From the NCBI GenBank assembly GCA_964016885.1, contig OZ024743.1, forward strand, positions 155,496,001-155,560,000: 64,000 nucleotides of DNA. Reading direction: 5' to 3'. The notes under the pieces were generated by a model. That model did no database searches and had not been told where the DNA came from. It was given only the letters and a program-made list of their open reading frames with translations. This DNA is from Eledone cirrhosa. Taxonomy: Eukaryota. The translations under genes were made by a program, and so were the position numbers. Of this stretch, positions 1-15,700 are shown in pieces. Position 1 is the stretch's first letter; the number at the start of each line of letters is the position of its first letter.

Positions 1-1178
1 AGACATTGCGTTGAAAACTGCAACAATTGGATTATCCACATATCTAAGGGAATCACATGATTGGATGATCAAACTCGTTTTGAAACACGAAAGCACCAAA
101 AGATCATATTCCATCACAAAAGATGCACAAAGATACAGTAATGGACTACAAATTTCAGAAGTCCCATTTACTGCTGAAATGGAAAACACAGAAAAAGCAA
201 AGCAGGTAAAAGTAACTGCAAAGAAAGAACTGCTACAGAAACTGGCTAAGAAATGGCAAGAAAAGCCTCTGTATGGAAAATACCCAGAGCGAGCTAACAA
301 TCCTGATGTTGACAAAACTTTAACCCATCAGTGGTTGGCATCCTCTGGACTGAAATCGGAGACTGAAGGACTGATTATCTCCGCACAAGATCAGTGTCTG
401 CCAACAAAAAATTACCAAGCCAACATAATAAAAAATGGGTGCAGCCCATTATGCCGTGTATGCAAAAAACAACCAGAGACCATTGACCATATAATTTCAA
501 TGTGCAGTCCTATAGCTCCAACCGAATACCTAAACAGGCATGACAGAGCTGCACAATACATACATTGGATAATGTGTAAGCATTTTGACCTGCCCCATCA
601 AAAGAATTGGTGGGAGCATCAACCACCTCCCATACTTGAAAAAGATCACATCTCAATCTTGTGGAACTTTAGCATCCAAACAGACCGAAAAATAGATGCA
701 AATAGACCTGATATAATATTGAAGGACTTTCAAAGGAGGGTATGCCTGCTAATTGATATGTCTGTTCCAATAGACAAGAATGTATCTATAAAAACATTTG
801 AAAAATTGAGCAAGTATAAGGACCTGGAGATAGAAATTGGAAAAATGTGGAAATTGAGAACTAAAACAATACCAGTGGTTGTAGGCGCTCTGGGAATGAT
901 ACCTAAGGGGTCTAACGACTACTTATCGCAAATCCCAGGAAACCCGCGTATAGGAGAAATACAAAAGATAGTACTAATGGGAACTGCCCATATACTAAGG
1001 AAGATCCTGTCAATATAAGTACATCACAAGTCTAAACACTAAGGATGCATGTGTGAATATGTGTGTTCTTTCTTGAACATGGCGGACCTTGTTGTCTCTT
1101 GAGGTCACTGGTTGTGACTTGGTGATAACTCGTATAAACATAAAGCAAGATAAATGCAAATAATAATAATAATAATAA
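1..1178 (+). mobile_element. Non-LTR retrotransposon, R4/Dong-like (RLE endonuclease), 3' part with 3' UTR and (TAA)n tail; truncated by the window start
   Basis: ORF ending at 1018 has a CCHC knuckle (CRVC...HIISMC), RHD motif and PD-(D/E)xK-type RLE motif (NRPDIIL...LIDMSVP...K..KY); (TAA)n at 1161-1178. Confidence 0.9.
11..1018 (+). CDS. C-terminal region (Zn knuckle + restriction-like endonuclease) of the R4/Dong-like polyprotein
   Basis: Uninterrupted 335-aa frame with the motifs above; the true start lies upstream of the window. Confidence 0.85.
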   Translation: MKTATIGLSTYLRESHDWMIKLVLKHESTKRSYSITKDAQRYSNGLQISEVPFTAEMENTEKAKQVKVTAKKELLQKLAKKWQEKPLYGKYPERANNPDVDKTLTHQWLASSGLKSETEGLIISAQDQCLPTKNYQANIIKNGCSPLCRVCKKQPETIDHIISMCSPIAPTEYLNRHDRAAQYIHWIMCKHFDLPHQKNWWEHQPPPILEKDHISILWNFSIQTDRKIDANRPDIILKDFQRRVCLLIDMSVPIDKNVSIKTFEKLSKYKDLEIEIGKMWKLRTKTIPVVVGALGMIPKGSNDYLSQIPGNPRIGEIQKIVLMGTAHILRKILSI

Positions 1179-1829
1179 TGTGCAGTCCTATAGCTCCAAC
1201 CGGATACCTAAACAGGATACCTAATCAGAGCTGCACAATACATATATTGGATAATGTTTAATCACTTTGACATGCCCCATCACAAGAATTGCTGGGAGCA
1301 TCAACCACCTGCCGTACGTGAAAACGATCACATATCAATCTTGTGGAACTTTAGTATCCAAACAGACCGAAAAATAGATGCAATTAGACCTGATATAATA
1401 CTGAGGACTTTAAAAAGAGCTTATGCTTGCTAATTGATATGTCCGTTCCAATAGACAAGAATTTATCTATAAAAACATTTGAAAAATTGAGCAAGTATAT
1501 CGACTTGGAGATAGAAATTGGAAAAATGTGGAAGTTGAGAACTAAAACAATATCAGCGTTTTGGGCGCTCTAGGAATCACACCTAAGGGCTCTAATGAGT
1601 ACTTATCCCTAATCCCAGAAAAGAGGCGTATAGAAGAAATTCAAACGATAGTACTAATGGGAACTGCCCATATACTAAGGAAGATTCTGCCAATATAAGT
1701 ACATCACAAGTCAAATACATAAAGTAGCATGTGTGTGAATGTATGTTCTTTCTTGAGATCACTAGTTGTGAGTTGGTGATAACTCGTATGAACATAAAAA
1801 AAGATAAATGCAGTAATAATAATAATAAT
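1179..1829 (+). mobile_element. Second, 5'-truncated and decayed copy of the same R4/Dong-like element, in tandem
   Basis: 1180 onward aligns to ~502-1178 (gtgcagtcctatagctcc...) with frameshifts, and ends in the same 3' UTR and (TAA)n. Confidence 0.9.
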
Positions 1830-2046
1830 GATTTCTTATATAGGCGCAAGGCCAGCAATTTTGGGGGAGGGGATATACGATTAAATGGACCCCAGTGCAT
1901 GACTGGTACTTTATTCTATCGACCCCGTAAGGATGAAAAGCAATGTTAACCTCGGCGAGATTTGAACTCAGAATGGAACGGGCTGTATTTCTATGCGTCA
2001 AAGCATGGCGTCTGACCCTCTACCGATACTGCCAATCCACCGCCTT
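1830..2046 (-). mobile_element. tRNA-derived SINE (octopus-type), near full length
   Basis: Minus strand: A-box TGGCAGTATCGG, B-box GAGTTCAAATC, body ...tcatccttacggggtcgata...aattgctggccttg..., ATT-repeat tail; other copies occur in the window. Confidence 0.85.
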
Positions 2047-2649
2047 ATTAATAATCATTGTAATAATAATGATTTCTTTGTTAACCAGTAGGGTTGACAT
2101 GAATTAAAACATTAAGGACAGCACAGGACGGTACAGGGTGGTACAAATGGGCATTTCTGCATGTAGAAAAAAATTATATATAATAAAATGTTATAGTTTG
2201 CTTCAATCATTGTTATAATATAGAACGTTGAATGAGATGGAATCTTGAACAATGCAAAATAGACTCTGATATGAGGTAACGAGAAGTAAAACTTACCCGG
2301 TAATCTTTGTTTTGTTTTGTTGTTGTTATTGTTGTTCTTTTATCTGTCCAATATCTCGGGACCTGAAAGTCACTTTATCAGGGTTTAAGGAGCCTTCAGT
2401 AGATAACGTTCCAATTTCCTCTCTTTGGGATACCATTTTGATTTTGATCAACATTTTTTCTAACTCGTTTTCAAACGTTTTTCGATGGATACTTCGCTTT
2501 CCACTTTAATGACGTCAATTGCCAGTATAGAATTTCGCGAAATCAATTATCTCTTTTTTATGAGATGTTTAGTTTGTCTGCCTGTGGTTATGCCTATTTT
2601 ATGGTATATATGGTGTACTGAGATCTAATCTATTATTTAATTGAGGGTT

Positions 2650-2750
2650 GAGTCGGTGGGATTTGAACTCAGGCCGTAAATGGACGTAACTCTACGCTGC
2701 AAAGCATGTCGTCCACCCCTCTACCGATACTGCCAATCCATCGCCCACCT
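2650..2750 (-). mobile_element. SINE 5' fragment
   Basis: Homologous to ~1950-2045 and includes the A/B boxes. Confidence 0.75.
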
Positions 2751-2899
2751 AGGAAAATCATAATAATGATTTCTTTATTAGACACACAGGGCTCACATCA
2801 AGGAAACATTAAAAATGATATAGGACTATATAGCGTGGCTTTTTCTTTGTTTAAAATAACATTTATAAAAGAGTCTAAGTATAAAACACTTTTGAAACA

Positions 2900-3560
2900 A
2901 ACTTCCCCAAAGTAGAGGAGACTCTAAGAATCGCACTCGTATAAATCCCACGAAAGTCACGATCAGGCTGTCTGCTAGCGCAAAGTGCCCTCTCTCAGTC
3001 TTTGTACTCCAATCTATAGTTGTATGCTCAAGGCAGTCCAATTCACCCGGACCATGCACGCCTCTCTCACCCACCTTTCAACAAACTGTTTGGATGACAA
3101 TACTGCCTTCTCTACTCTGAATTTCCTCTTCATGTGAAGTCTAAAAAGCTAATCAGAGCTTCGTCAAAGATGCCATCGGCACCAGCCAGATATAAAATCT
3201 CTGTCCTTTCACTAAAAGGAGGACAGTGGGGTGATTATCACAATGGACACACTTGATATTTGGATCCGTCCTACGCGTGACAGCAGGTGCTCAACATAAA
3301 CCCTAAGGAGAGGAATACAGCAAAGCAGCCTTCCACGTATTGGATGTTGACAGTAGATGGACCTCCTGACCATTGGACAACGTCCTTTCCACAAATATCC
3401 AAATATCAGACGCTCAAGTGCAGTCGCGTGAGGCTTAGGACATTGCATGACACCAGGTGGTAGTAGATGATGGACACGAGTATAGTTTCTCTGTCGGCCC
3501 ATTTCTGGGTGAAAGAAACCACTATAAACGTTACCTCGTCCGAGGTTTTGTGTATCTGGA
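2900..3560 (-). mobile_element. Decayed L1/Tx1-like LINE fragment
   Basis: Translation LERLIFGYLWKGRCPMVRRSIYCQHP resembles the post-RT region of Tx1-type ORF2; many disablements. Confidence 0.5.
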
Positions 3561-3576
3561 TGTCCAAATATTATTA

Positions 3577-3755
3577 TGGCAGTATAGGTAGATGGTCCGA
3601 CGCTATGCTTTCCAGCATAGTTACATCCCTTTACGATCTGAGTTCAAATCCCGCCTAGGTTGACTTTGCCTTTCATCCTTACGGGGGTCGATAAAATAAA
3701 GTAACAGTAATGCACTGGGTAATTGCTGGCCTTGTGCCTAAAGTAGAACATTATT
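3577..3755 (+). mobile_element. SINE copy
   Basis: tggcagtataggtaga...gagttcaaatcccgcc...aattgctggccttgtgcc...attatt. Confidence 0.85.
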
Positions 3756-5240
3756 ATGTGTCCTCCTTTTGTATTGTTGTATTGCTGTAATGTTTTCTTA
3801 TTATATGTTATTTATTTATTACTTAGTGTTGTCTCTGTTTGGGCATACGTGTGTGGTCGCGTTTTCTGTTTGATGTGTGTTCGTGTGTTCGTGTCTGTAT
3901 GGGTGTGTTTTTGTATTTTATCTTTGGTCACTAGTATGTTTTTATATGTGGGTATTGTTGTTGTAACTGTATATTTATTTATAATTATCTTAGAGCACTA
4001 TGATTGTTATTATTCCATTCATGTTTTCTCTTCAGCTTCGGTTTTCTTAATTCTATTTCAGTTGCTTGGTTAATTTGTCTACTTGTTGAATCTTTTTTAT
4101 GTTTAGATATTTTAATTTCTTTGTCTTTTTATTACCATCATGTCTTAGTCTGGCGTGTTCATATAGAACTGAACTGTCTTTTTGTCCTTTTAATTCATCC
4201 CAGTGTTCGTCTATTCCCTCTCCTATGCTACGGGCTATCTCTCGTATGTATGTCGTTGTCATGCTTTTGCAGGGACCTTATGTACTTAATACACTACAGA
4301 TTACATTTCCAGTTTAAGAATTTATTTGTGGATGTTTAGTACAAATCACACCGGGATTTCTTAAAGGGCTATGGTTTACTGATCAGGGATTTAAACATAG
4401 TTCCTGGTTTGCTACCATATTAATCTTTAAATGTCTTTCTTAGGGTCTTTCTAATTTGGTTAGCTACATCACCTTCAGGGGTAGCATCCACGAACATGAC
4501 ACTCGGGTATCTCTGGTTGACGAACCATGCCGTGACGTCCCTATTTTGTGTCTAGTCCTATATACTCTCTTCCATTATTTGCTCCTGTACAGTAAGCAAA
4601 TTCCTTTCATGTCCATCTCTCTGATAGTCTTATATTTCTTCGTGGCGCCTTTGTATACTCTGATTCTGTCTCTTTGCTTTTAGCCAGCGAATATCATGCG
4701 ATTGATGAAGTGTTGTACGTGTCTCTCCAGTTTAGTTGGATCGCACATGTGGGACACATTCATAAACAGTCTTACCAAGTCTGCTATCAGTATATTTAAC
4801 TTAGCACTTTTGGACATCGCTGAGCTTTTGTGTATTAGGTGCTTGGAGGCGATGGCTTTAGCTTAATGTGAGTGGAGAATTTGTATTGTCTCGTTCATAG
4901 TATGTAACCAGAGTTTAGTGCCTAATACTGGTAATCTATTGTTAGGGTGTTCGGAAAGAAGCTACTGTGATATTCAGGCATATGCTATTAGCTATTTGCT
5001 GGATGTTCTCCATGTTGTTAATTTCTAATTCGGGTTTATTGGTATTCTCTTGTGGGGGTTATCTTATTACTATATTAATATCATGTGCGTAACTAGAGTC
5101 ATGATGTGGGCTATGAAGTTCTCCACTAGTCTTTCTCTGAGTTTCCTTTCCCACCAGACCATGAATATGTTGGCAATATCGCCAGCTATGCTAACGCCGA
5201 TGACTGTTCCTTCATCTTGGGTGTAAAGTTTCTTATTAAA
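3756..5240 (-). mobile_element. Decayed, 5'-truncated PLE of the same family as 21664-25868
   Basis: Nucleotide similarity to ~21935-23475; GIY-YIG remnant (TTTYIREIARSIGEGIDEH). Confidence 0.85.
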
Positions 5241-8200
5241 TATATCTATGCTTCTATATATATATATATGGGATATTAGGGTTATTCTTAGTGATATATG
5301 CTAGTAGTCAAAGCTCAATTTTTGCATATGATTCACAATAATTAAAATAACACAACAGTGATAATAGGTTTATATACGAGACGACCAATACAGGACCTCC
5401 CACATTCATCCGACATTCACATATTCACTCCCGTACCGCGTCAATTTATTACCTGTTTTCCTTTATTTGAACGTAATTCTAACACTTCACAATGTGTGTA
5501 CACTATAAATATTTAGCCTGTATTATGAGTTGACATCATTTTTAGAAATGTATGAATTATCCTGCAATGAATGCACCTCACCTTGCACTACACACTTACC
5601 TTTTAAGCCGAGGCAATTTCACTGGAGCTACTTATCATGTAAACTACACTTAATATTATTACCAAACTTTTTGCTTTGGATAAAGAATGTCACTCCTGTT
5701 ATTGTATTTTATTATGGTTATTTTTAATCTGTACTGTTCATTATCAATTTAGTTCGCATTAATTTGAAATTATTCTGACTGATTTGATTAAAATCCATTT
5801 TTTATCCAATTATTATAATTTGATATAAGGTTGTTTAACCTGATGTTGTCAAATTTATTCTAGTATACAGATAATGATGTAATTAATATTTCACTGTTTT
5901 AATTCTAATTATAATATAATTATAATTTAACTACATTAAATATAATTAAATTATAATCATGAAATACTTCTTAATTTATGAATATCATCCCTATATAATT
6001 TCATTGTATTACATTTCATTCATACAATTGTGTTTTAAAACATTTAAATTTAATTTGGGATGTGTATGCTTCATTTACGCAGATAGCATTTTAATTTCGT
6101 TTAGTATAATCTAATTTAAATTAATTTGATTCATTTATGTTTGTTACACTCATTTGACTCATAGGCTGCTACCTAAAGTAGTAAACCTTTTCCATACATG
6201 GGATACATAGGAGGATGTTTCGCTGAAATGAAATAAGAAATTTGTATCGTGCGTGAATGATGAAACAGTTGTGACAAAATAATAAAAATGCAAAGTAACA
6301 ACAGCACTACACAACTGATTGTTTTAGACTAGGGGTGTATATTGAAATATATACACGTGATATTAGTAGTTAAAAAAACAACATAATAATGTGATGAGAA
6401 CGTAGTATACATAAAATCGAGGATCGTTAAACCAATGTAAGTGTGGTTTACACATTCAGTACGTAGGTAACTAGAAGCTAATCCCTTATTATACGTGTAT
6501 TTTGCCTATAACATATATTTGATGATGTCTCATTTGCATTTATTGAAAGCTTGAATTGACCACCGGCTTGTATTCATTTCCAGTAACACCAACAGCAAGT
6601 GATTATGTATGTAGACTTATATGGAAACATAAGCGGTTCATGTATTTTAAACGTACATAGAATATCTATGAGTACTGTAATCTGTAATCCTATCACTGCT
6701 ACCACATCATCCATGTGAGAACGCCGTATCAGGTACGGAAATCCATATTAATCGACGCTTACACACTCACCACTAAAATATAGAACTTCATGGCCTTGTA
6801 TTTATATATTGATATGTTTCTAGATACACCTCCCTTCTGCCACACTCTGTTACTGCAACTTATTAGCCCACAATACAAGTAATATATGCAAATTAGTCAT
6901 CATCATACATATCTTTTGCAAATTATTTATCTGAGAAACAATGTGCTTCTGTATATCAGTACTCAATGGTTATGCTTTGCTGAAGATATAACAAGGATCT
7001 TCACCTCGTTACTTTACAGTACATCAGTCAGCTTTGATAAAGTTACAGTTGCAATAGCGATCGTAAGATAACGTAGGGTTATTAAATATAAACCCACGGT
7101 ATGCTTCCCTATACATAAATATATAAATATAACTTACACGCATACATAAATATATAAATATAACTTACTCGTATAAGACAGTGTGTGAAGATTTACTAAT
7201 GCTTATGATTACAAATAATAATAATTGATCTAGTTTTTTCTGACGTCGATGGGTCGTGAATTACCGTCCGGTCATTATTCAGAAGCTGGCTACCGAACCT
7301 CAGGTTGTCCGCCTTAACGATAGGAATGAAGCATTGAGTAACTTTAAACGTTGCCAACAATGAAAATATGGAGTTTCACCTATCTCGTCATTGATATTAC
7401 AGTCGTCCTTCTCCAAGACAAACGCCAACCAAAGCTAGCGTGCCCTGTTTATATATGGTTTAAAATCACTATTCCTATAAATATTAACAGCAAAATGCAA
7501 ATAAGTTCCATGGATAATGTATCTCTAGATGTTACAAAGTAATCACCTTGAAAGTTTACTCATTGATTGTAAAATCAATTTGTTTGTGATTGCATCTGAT
7601 GTACTCAAACACCTGCCAGCGTAGCGATTTGTACTGTCCTTATGTTCATAGTGTTATTATTTAAGCATGGTTTGTATAATTATTAACATACACAATGAAA
7701 ATCCTTTTAATGAATTGAATGTAATTAAAGCTCCACCAAAATCCAAATACCAACCAAAGACAACTGATCAGCTAAACCTAAAGCAGCTTTTAAAATCCTC
7801 CCAGCACGTTTCAATCAAAGCCAAATTCTCCAAATTACTATATCTTAATGACAGTGAAGACATGCGGTCGGTGGAGGCGGGACACTACATAACATCTATT
7901 GCAATGTATGTATTCTACGTAAAATATACAAGTTGTGCACAAACATACCATCAAACAGAAAAATGGGTGAAAAGTGTGAAAATTAGTCATTTCGAGGCAT
8001 TTTATCACATTTAATAGACATTAATCGATTCATGGGGAAATAGGCTCCATGAAATCCAACAATATATAGCCTTTCTAGCCTACCAAATCCCTCTCACAAC
8101 TTATGCTATATATATAAATAAAAAAAAGCAAATATGAGAAGAAATCTCAATCGATGCCATAAATCACATCTTACACCATGCTAACCTATGATGCCAAAAC

Positions 8201-8729
8201 AAGTCATATAAACTGTTGTCAGCCTGTTCAAATGATGTGTTTATTAATTATGAAAATATGCAAACCAAATAGAATGCAGAGTATATTCTTTAGGAATTTA
8301 GTGTAAATTCTAAGTGGTATCATTGTCGATTGTGATACGCAAAAAAAGAAAGAAACAAAAAGACAGGAAAGTGAATTATTTTTACATATAGATTCCAGGT
8401 AAAACAAAGGTGTAAAGATAAAATAAAATTAATTAAATCAATAATATCACAATAAATATTTCACAAATCTTAATCTCGTTAACATTTATCCATCTGATGA
8501 TTCTCTGTTTTAATTTGTTGCGAATTAGAAACGAATTCAATTTTAAATTCATGCATGTTTCAGAAATTGTATATTAAAACATCATGGATAGCCAATTGAA
8601 TCAATAGAATAATGTTTAATCAAGGCGAATACATCCAATATGAGCCTAGGTAAGTACCTGAATGTGGCTAATCGAGCTACTGGAAAGGTAGCCATTGTAG
8701 ATTCTATAAGGATAACATATTAATAACAA

Positions 8730-8850
8730 CAATTGCCCCCGTGCATTGCCGGTGCTTTATTGTATCGACTCCGTAAGGATGAATAACAATGTTAACTTGG
8801 GCGGGATTTAAACTCAGACCATAAATGGCTGTAACTGTATGCAGCTAATG
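8730..8850 (-). mobile_element. SINE fragment
   Basis: gtatcgactccgtaaggatgaa...ggatttaaactcag matches the SINE body. Confidence 0.7.
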
Positions 8851-9585
8851 CATTTGATCATACGTACGCTTGATCTGGTAGGTTTGCTAAGCAAACTCCT
8901 ATGACACGACACATGAAATATACAATACTGTTATCTCTCTCACTTTTGAGTTCAGGTCAACTTCAAATATTAGTATTCCTGATTACTTCCTGTTTTGGGA
9001 ATTAAATTTACCCGTCTGAAATGTAACTTGAATTCGTGAAAATCTTGTGCGTATAGATACAGAATATAGGTCGCCATTTATCTTCCCATCCTTCCACAAC
9101 TAGTCTTTACGTCCCCACAGAATTACATTAGTTTTGCTTTTTTTCTTTCTTGCTTAGATATATAAAATGATATACATGGCAATACTTCCCTAAATTAGTT
9201 AGCAACGTAGTTTTTCCGAATATTATTTATATTTTTTTCCGAATATCATTTATATTTATTCATATTTTGAGATCTTTATAACAGTTCTACCACACTATCT
9301 ACTCCAAGATATGTAGACGCTACAGTTCAGTGTGAGAAAAAAGGGAGACAATAGATTATTTAGATTCTAAATGGTATTAGTACAATTTAAATGTTCCAAA
9401 TATTAGAACATTTAAATTGTACTAATACCATTTACGGGAGTAATAACTCTCTCACACAGGCACACACACGCACACACGCACACACACGCACACACACACA
9501 CACACACATACGCACACACACACGCGCACACATACACACACATACACGCACACATAGACACTTATATATATATATAAATATGTAA

Positions 9586-9620
<35 letters not shown>

Positions 9621-10060
9621 CTGATCCATCCTAGTGGCAGTTTGCAGTTGTCACGTTTCTTGGTATATACGAATATATACCTTCATAGATCTACGCATGC
9701 GTGCAGGATTAATTTCTTACACCACGCAGGTTCAATGAAAAATGAACAGAATTCTATTATCGGGCGTATATATATATTTTTTTATTTCTTTAATCCTCAC
9801 AGAATAAAACCTCTGAAGAGAAGTCCATTCTTTTAACAATGGCCATATCATTCTATTGAAAGCCTATCCGTTATTTCTTTGGATACTGAAACTCAGTAAG
9901 GATAATTTTTTTTATTATCCCGAGGTAAAAATGCTTCTACAGCAATCCACCGCTCGGTGATTTTGTATAAGATATTCTACTTGTATTTGCTTCTCTGAAA
10001 GAGATTATTTTAGCGTTTTCTTTTATTGAGATATTATATATATACAACATAGTGAATGGC

Positions 10061-11010
<950 letters not shown>

Positions 11011-11459
11011 ACAATATAACATATACATGTTAACAGATCAGCTGCATTGAATGTAGAACACATGGTTCATTTTGTTATTATATTTAAATTTAACAAAAAA
11101 ATTATATATTGATACCTGATAAAAATTGTTTATATTTCTCTTTGATACGTATCCTTCAGAATTTACGAATACGTTTCACCAAAAATATTAGTGCCGTTAG
11201 ATGATCGATCTTGGTCGTCAGGAGAGGAGAATCGATCCATCAGAACTTCCAAATGTAAAAATGCAGAAAAATCAACAGAAGCAATCGGTGGGAGAGACCG
11301 TCGAAATTTCTATACATATTGTATAAAGCTATGCTTGAAGCGAAATCTTATTCCTTTTCTATTATAAGTTGAGCCAACTTATGCAGCTTCATATGCAAAT
11401 GAGATTAATCACCTCATTTACACAGACGATGAAACTATATATTCTCGACTGTTTTCAAG

Positions 11460-11551
11460 TCCAGCAGTAGCAAGCGGTGGGAAGGACCGTCCTGACGAAG
11501 GCCAGTCAATCCTGAAATGCATAGACGGTTGTCCCGCTTGCTTCTGCTGGA
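11460..11551 (+). ncRNA. Type I hammerhead ribozyme with extended stem I, family B
   Basis: accgtc-CTGACGA-agg..cct-GAAA-tgca-TA-gacggt, plus a distal helix tccagcagtagcaagcgg/ccgcttgcttctgctgga beyond an internal loop. Confidence 0.85.
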
Positions 11552-11629
11552 CACCACCAGATGGCGTTATCCCTGGTGTTTGCATAGCTACGGCTTCCTA
11601 AAACCGTATTTCTTCAGAAATACGAAATG

Positions 11630-12050
<421 letters not shown>

Positions 12051-12798
12051 ACTTTCACCTGTGTAGGACACCTCGTTTATTTTTCATTTTGTAAAAAAAC
12101 CTCACTTACTAATTTGCATATAAAGACGAAGTTTTTTGTATGTGTGTGTGTGGACAATTTTTTTATGAGGGCTCATATATTCTAAACCATTCATGTGATT
12201 TCTTTGAAATTTTTTACAGAGCTTATCCTTGCACAAAACCTGTACATGATCTACAAAGGCTTTCAAAAATCGATATTGGGGTCTTTCGAGACATTAAACA
12301 AATTCGGTTATTTGTGTCAATTTTCGTGATTAAGTAAGACAAGAGTTATCTTTAAGTAAGACAAGAATTATCTTTCGTAATTCGGCTCATTGGGATTTTC
12401 ATTTAGTCTTTGTACTTGAAACAAAAGGTACGCTTCCTTGGGACTAATTATATCATTTTGTATATTTCGCAACCAGCAATTTCTAACAGTTATAGATTTG
12501 ACATTGTATAATTTATGGTTTCAAGCCTGATGTTCATACATTAAGTGATGTCATAACATTTACAATATTATGCTTAAATTTATCTAAAGGATGGTTTATT
12601 CATTAAAGACTTAACATTATTCTATTCTTTTCGCATTGATTAGATTACGTTTCTGACACATAATTTAGTTATTAACTTACATACCATGTACATTTCGAAC
12701 GTTCTACCGCTACATGTACTTCAAATACATTTTACAATTAATAGTTAGTTTTACATTCGATTGTGTTATATCGTGTCTACTTTACACATTTCGTTTTG

Positions 12799-15700
12799 AT
12801 GCCTCGTGATAAAAAACGAAGTTGCCTCAGCAGATTGTCTATCGCTGTAGTTAAGGAAAAGCAGGTCGAGCTAATGAAACTGAGGAGCAGAGGACAACAA
12901 GATTATCCACATTAGCTGCCTACAAGGCAAGACTCAATACTTCGCCACATCACATCGATACTCAGTAGAAAAACTTGCGGCCCGTATGGCAAACAATGCA
13001 CAAACAACTGCTGCTTCACGATCAAATGAGTCTACAGGGGAACGTACTATTCGGTTAGCGGTGAATGCTGCCGAGACTGTTGCTTCTAGAGTTGCGGAGA
13101 CGCCTGAACAGCGTGCAAATCGAGCAAAACGCAATACTGCCGCGACTACTGCCTCAAGAGCTGCAGATACACCTGAACAGCGTGCAACGCGAACAAAACG
13201 CAATGCTGCCGCGACTACTGCCTCAAGAGCTGCAGATACACCTGAACAGCGTGCAACGCGAACAAAACGCAATGCTGCCGCGACTGCTGCCTCAAGAGCT
13301 GCGGAGACACCTGAACAGCGTGCACCTCGAAGAAAACGCAATGCTGCCGCGAATGCTGCCTCGAGAGCTGCGGAGTCCCCTGATCAACGCATACGTCGCC
13401 ACGCTCCCGATTGTGCTTATCGGACTAATGCGAGAGCTTCTAAAACATTGGTTGAAAGAACTACTCGAGTACAAACAATTACGCATCATTAAGCTGTTCT
13501 GCTTCGTGCATCAAAACCTACGATGAATAGATTGGTTTTTAAAGCCTTTCATTATGACCTCTCAGAAAATTATACTGACCACAAAGATGTTGCCATTGGT
13601 CGTATGTCCAAAATCCGTCCACACTCTAAAGCACTAACTTGGCCGGGAGAGCCTGTTGGTCTATGCTGCTCACATAAAAGGTGTGTCTGCCCAACAGCCC
13701 TGAAACTCCACACCCTTTAAAGTCCCTTCTGCTTGGTGAGCATCCATATTCTCTAGATTTCATAAACCGAATACGGGCATTCAATTCTGGATTTCATATG
13801 ACAAGTTTTGGTCATAAGCCCATATCTTATGGAAACTGTAATCCCACTTTTACCATTCAGGGAGAGACGTACCATTTAATCGGTTCTCTTTTACCAACAT
13901 ATGCTTTTCATCATAATTTTCTTCAGATATACTTCATGGGACCAGAGAGAGAGAGCAAATTGCATGTAGGGCCACTGTTGCTCCAGGCACATACACGGCT
14001 GTTCTTGGACCACTTCAGGAAATGCTTCATGAGCACAACCGGTATATCAACCAAATTAAAACGGCTATTCAACGAGACCCGGCAGACAATGCCGACTTTA
14101 ACGTTGTTATTAGAAGTGACATGACTCCTGTTGGGGAACATCACCACTGTTACAACCGACCCGCAACAGAGTAGGTTGCTGTTTTGCTTTGCAATCCCAA
14201 TGCAATTCTTTACAAAAGAGATATCATCCTAGAGTGGCAGGACTCCCGTGTTAAGAAGATCAATGAATTAAATCCAGCCTATGACGCCCTTCAATACGCC
14301 TTACTATTTCCCTATGGAGAGGATGGATACAGTCCTCATATCCCTAGCATTGTACCTACAACACACCAAACAGCACAGCCTCCAAAAATGGTTTCCCAGA
14401 TAAATTCTACAGTTACAGATTGATGCTTAGTACGAACAACTTCAACGGTCTTCACAGAGCAGGGGCTCTTCTGAATCAGTATTGTGTGGATATGTATGCT
14501 AAGGTAGAATTTACTCCCCTTTGAGTCATGTGTACCTATAATTTTTTATTAAAATCTTTGCATGACCATCCTATTCCATACCCTTGCACCTTGCAGATTG
14601 ACTCAGAACGACTTCTTTGGATTTGCCATAATCAAAAGAAGCTCCGTGCAGATGAATATGCCAAGGTTCGAGACGAGATTAATAGCAATGACAATGTAAC
14701 TGCTTCTGAGTTTGGCATTCGAATCATCCTGCCATCGTCATATACAGGCGGCCCGAGGTATATGCATGAACAGATGCACGACGCTCTCACATACGTTCGT
14801 CTTTACAACCACCCTGACCTTTTCATAACGTTCACATGCAACCCCAAAATGGGAGGACATCCAAATGAACTTACTTCCGGGCCAACGACCAGCAGATCGC
14901 CATGACATCACTGCCCGCGTTTTTCATCTTAATGTTCGTAAAATGATTGATTTGTTTAAATGTGGTGACATTTTCGAGCCGATAAAATGTTTTATGTATA
15001 CTGTTGAATGACAAAAATGTGGTCTACCACACGCCCACATCTTACTCTGGCTACAAAGAAAACTTCGACCTTCTGACGTGGACACAATTATAAGTTCAGA
15101 ATTTCCAAATCCCAATGAAGTCCCCCCAGTTGTACGAAATCATTCGAAAATTTATGGTTCATGGGCCATGTCGGCACTTTAATTCTACGTCTTCATGCAT
15201 GACAAACGGAAAATGCACTAAGAAATATCCACGAAAGCTTTTGGCTGAAACGATCACAGGTAACGACGGTTACCATTATATCGCAGAAGAGCTCCAGGAC
15301 ATGGCGGTTTCACAGCAACAATCACAGATGGATCTAACCGAAAATTTACAATTGACAATCAATGGATTGTTCCACATAACAAGATGCTATGCAAGATATT
15401 AATGCGCATATTAACGTTGAATAGTATAACTCAGTTAAATCTATACGTTACGTTTGCAAATACGTCAATGAGGTATCCGATAGAGCCGTCTTTCAAGTGG
15501 CACAAACAGGAACAGCAGATGCATCAGCAGATGAGGTAGAACTGTTTCAAATAGGGCGTTTTTCTCATCCAATGAGGCCGTTTGGAGAACGTTTTGTTTC
15601 TCTATACACAAACGATTCCCCCCTGTTCAACATCTCAGTGTTCACTTAGAGTACATGCAGAGAGTTTACTTCACCCAAGAAAACTTACGTCAACAGGTCC

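Noticed and set aside
1830-2046. tRNA gene
   Set aside because: The A/B boxes belong to a multi-copy SINE head; no cloverleaf.
5300-9400. Unique AT-rich region with short ORFs and a TATA-like motif near 7450
   Set aside because: No recognisable protein motif or consistent exon chain.
8485-9870. CTGATGA (8493) and CTGAAGA (9812) followed by GAAA
   Set aside because: Stems I-III do not pair convincingly.
11165-11225. Minus-strand CTGACGA...GAAA
   Set aside because: No stem I, and stem II needs a bulge next to the core.
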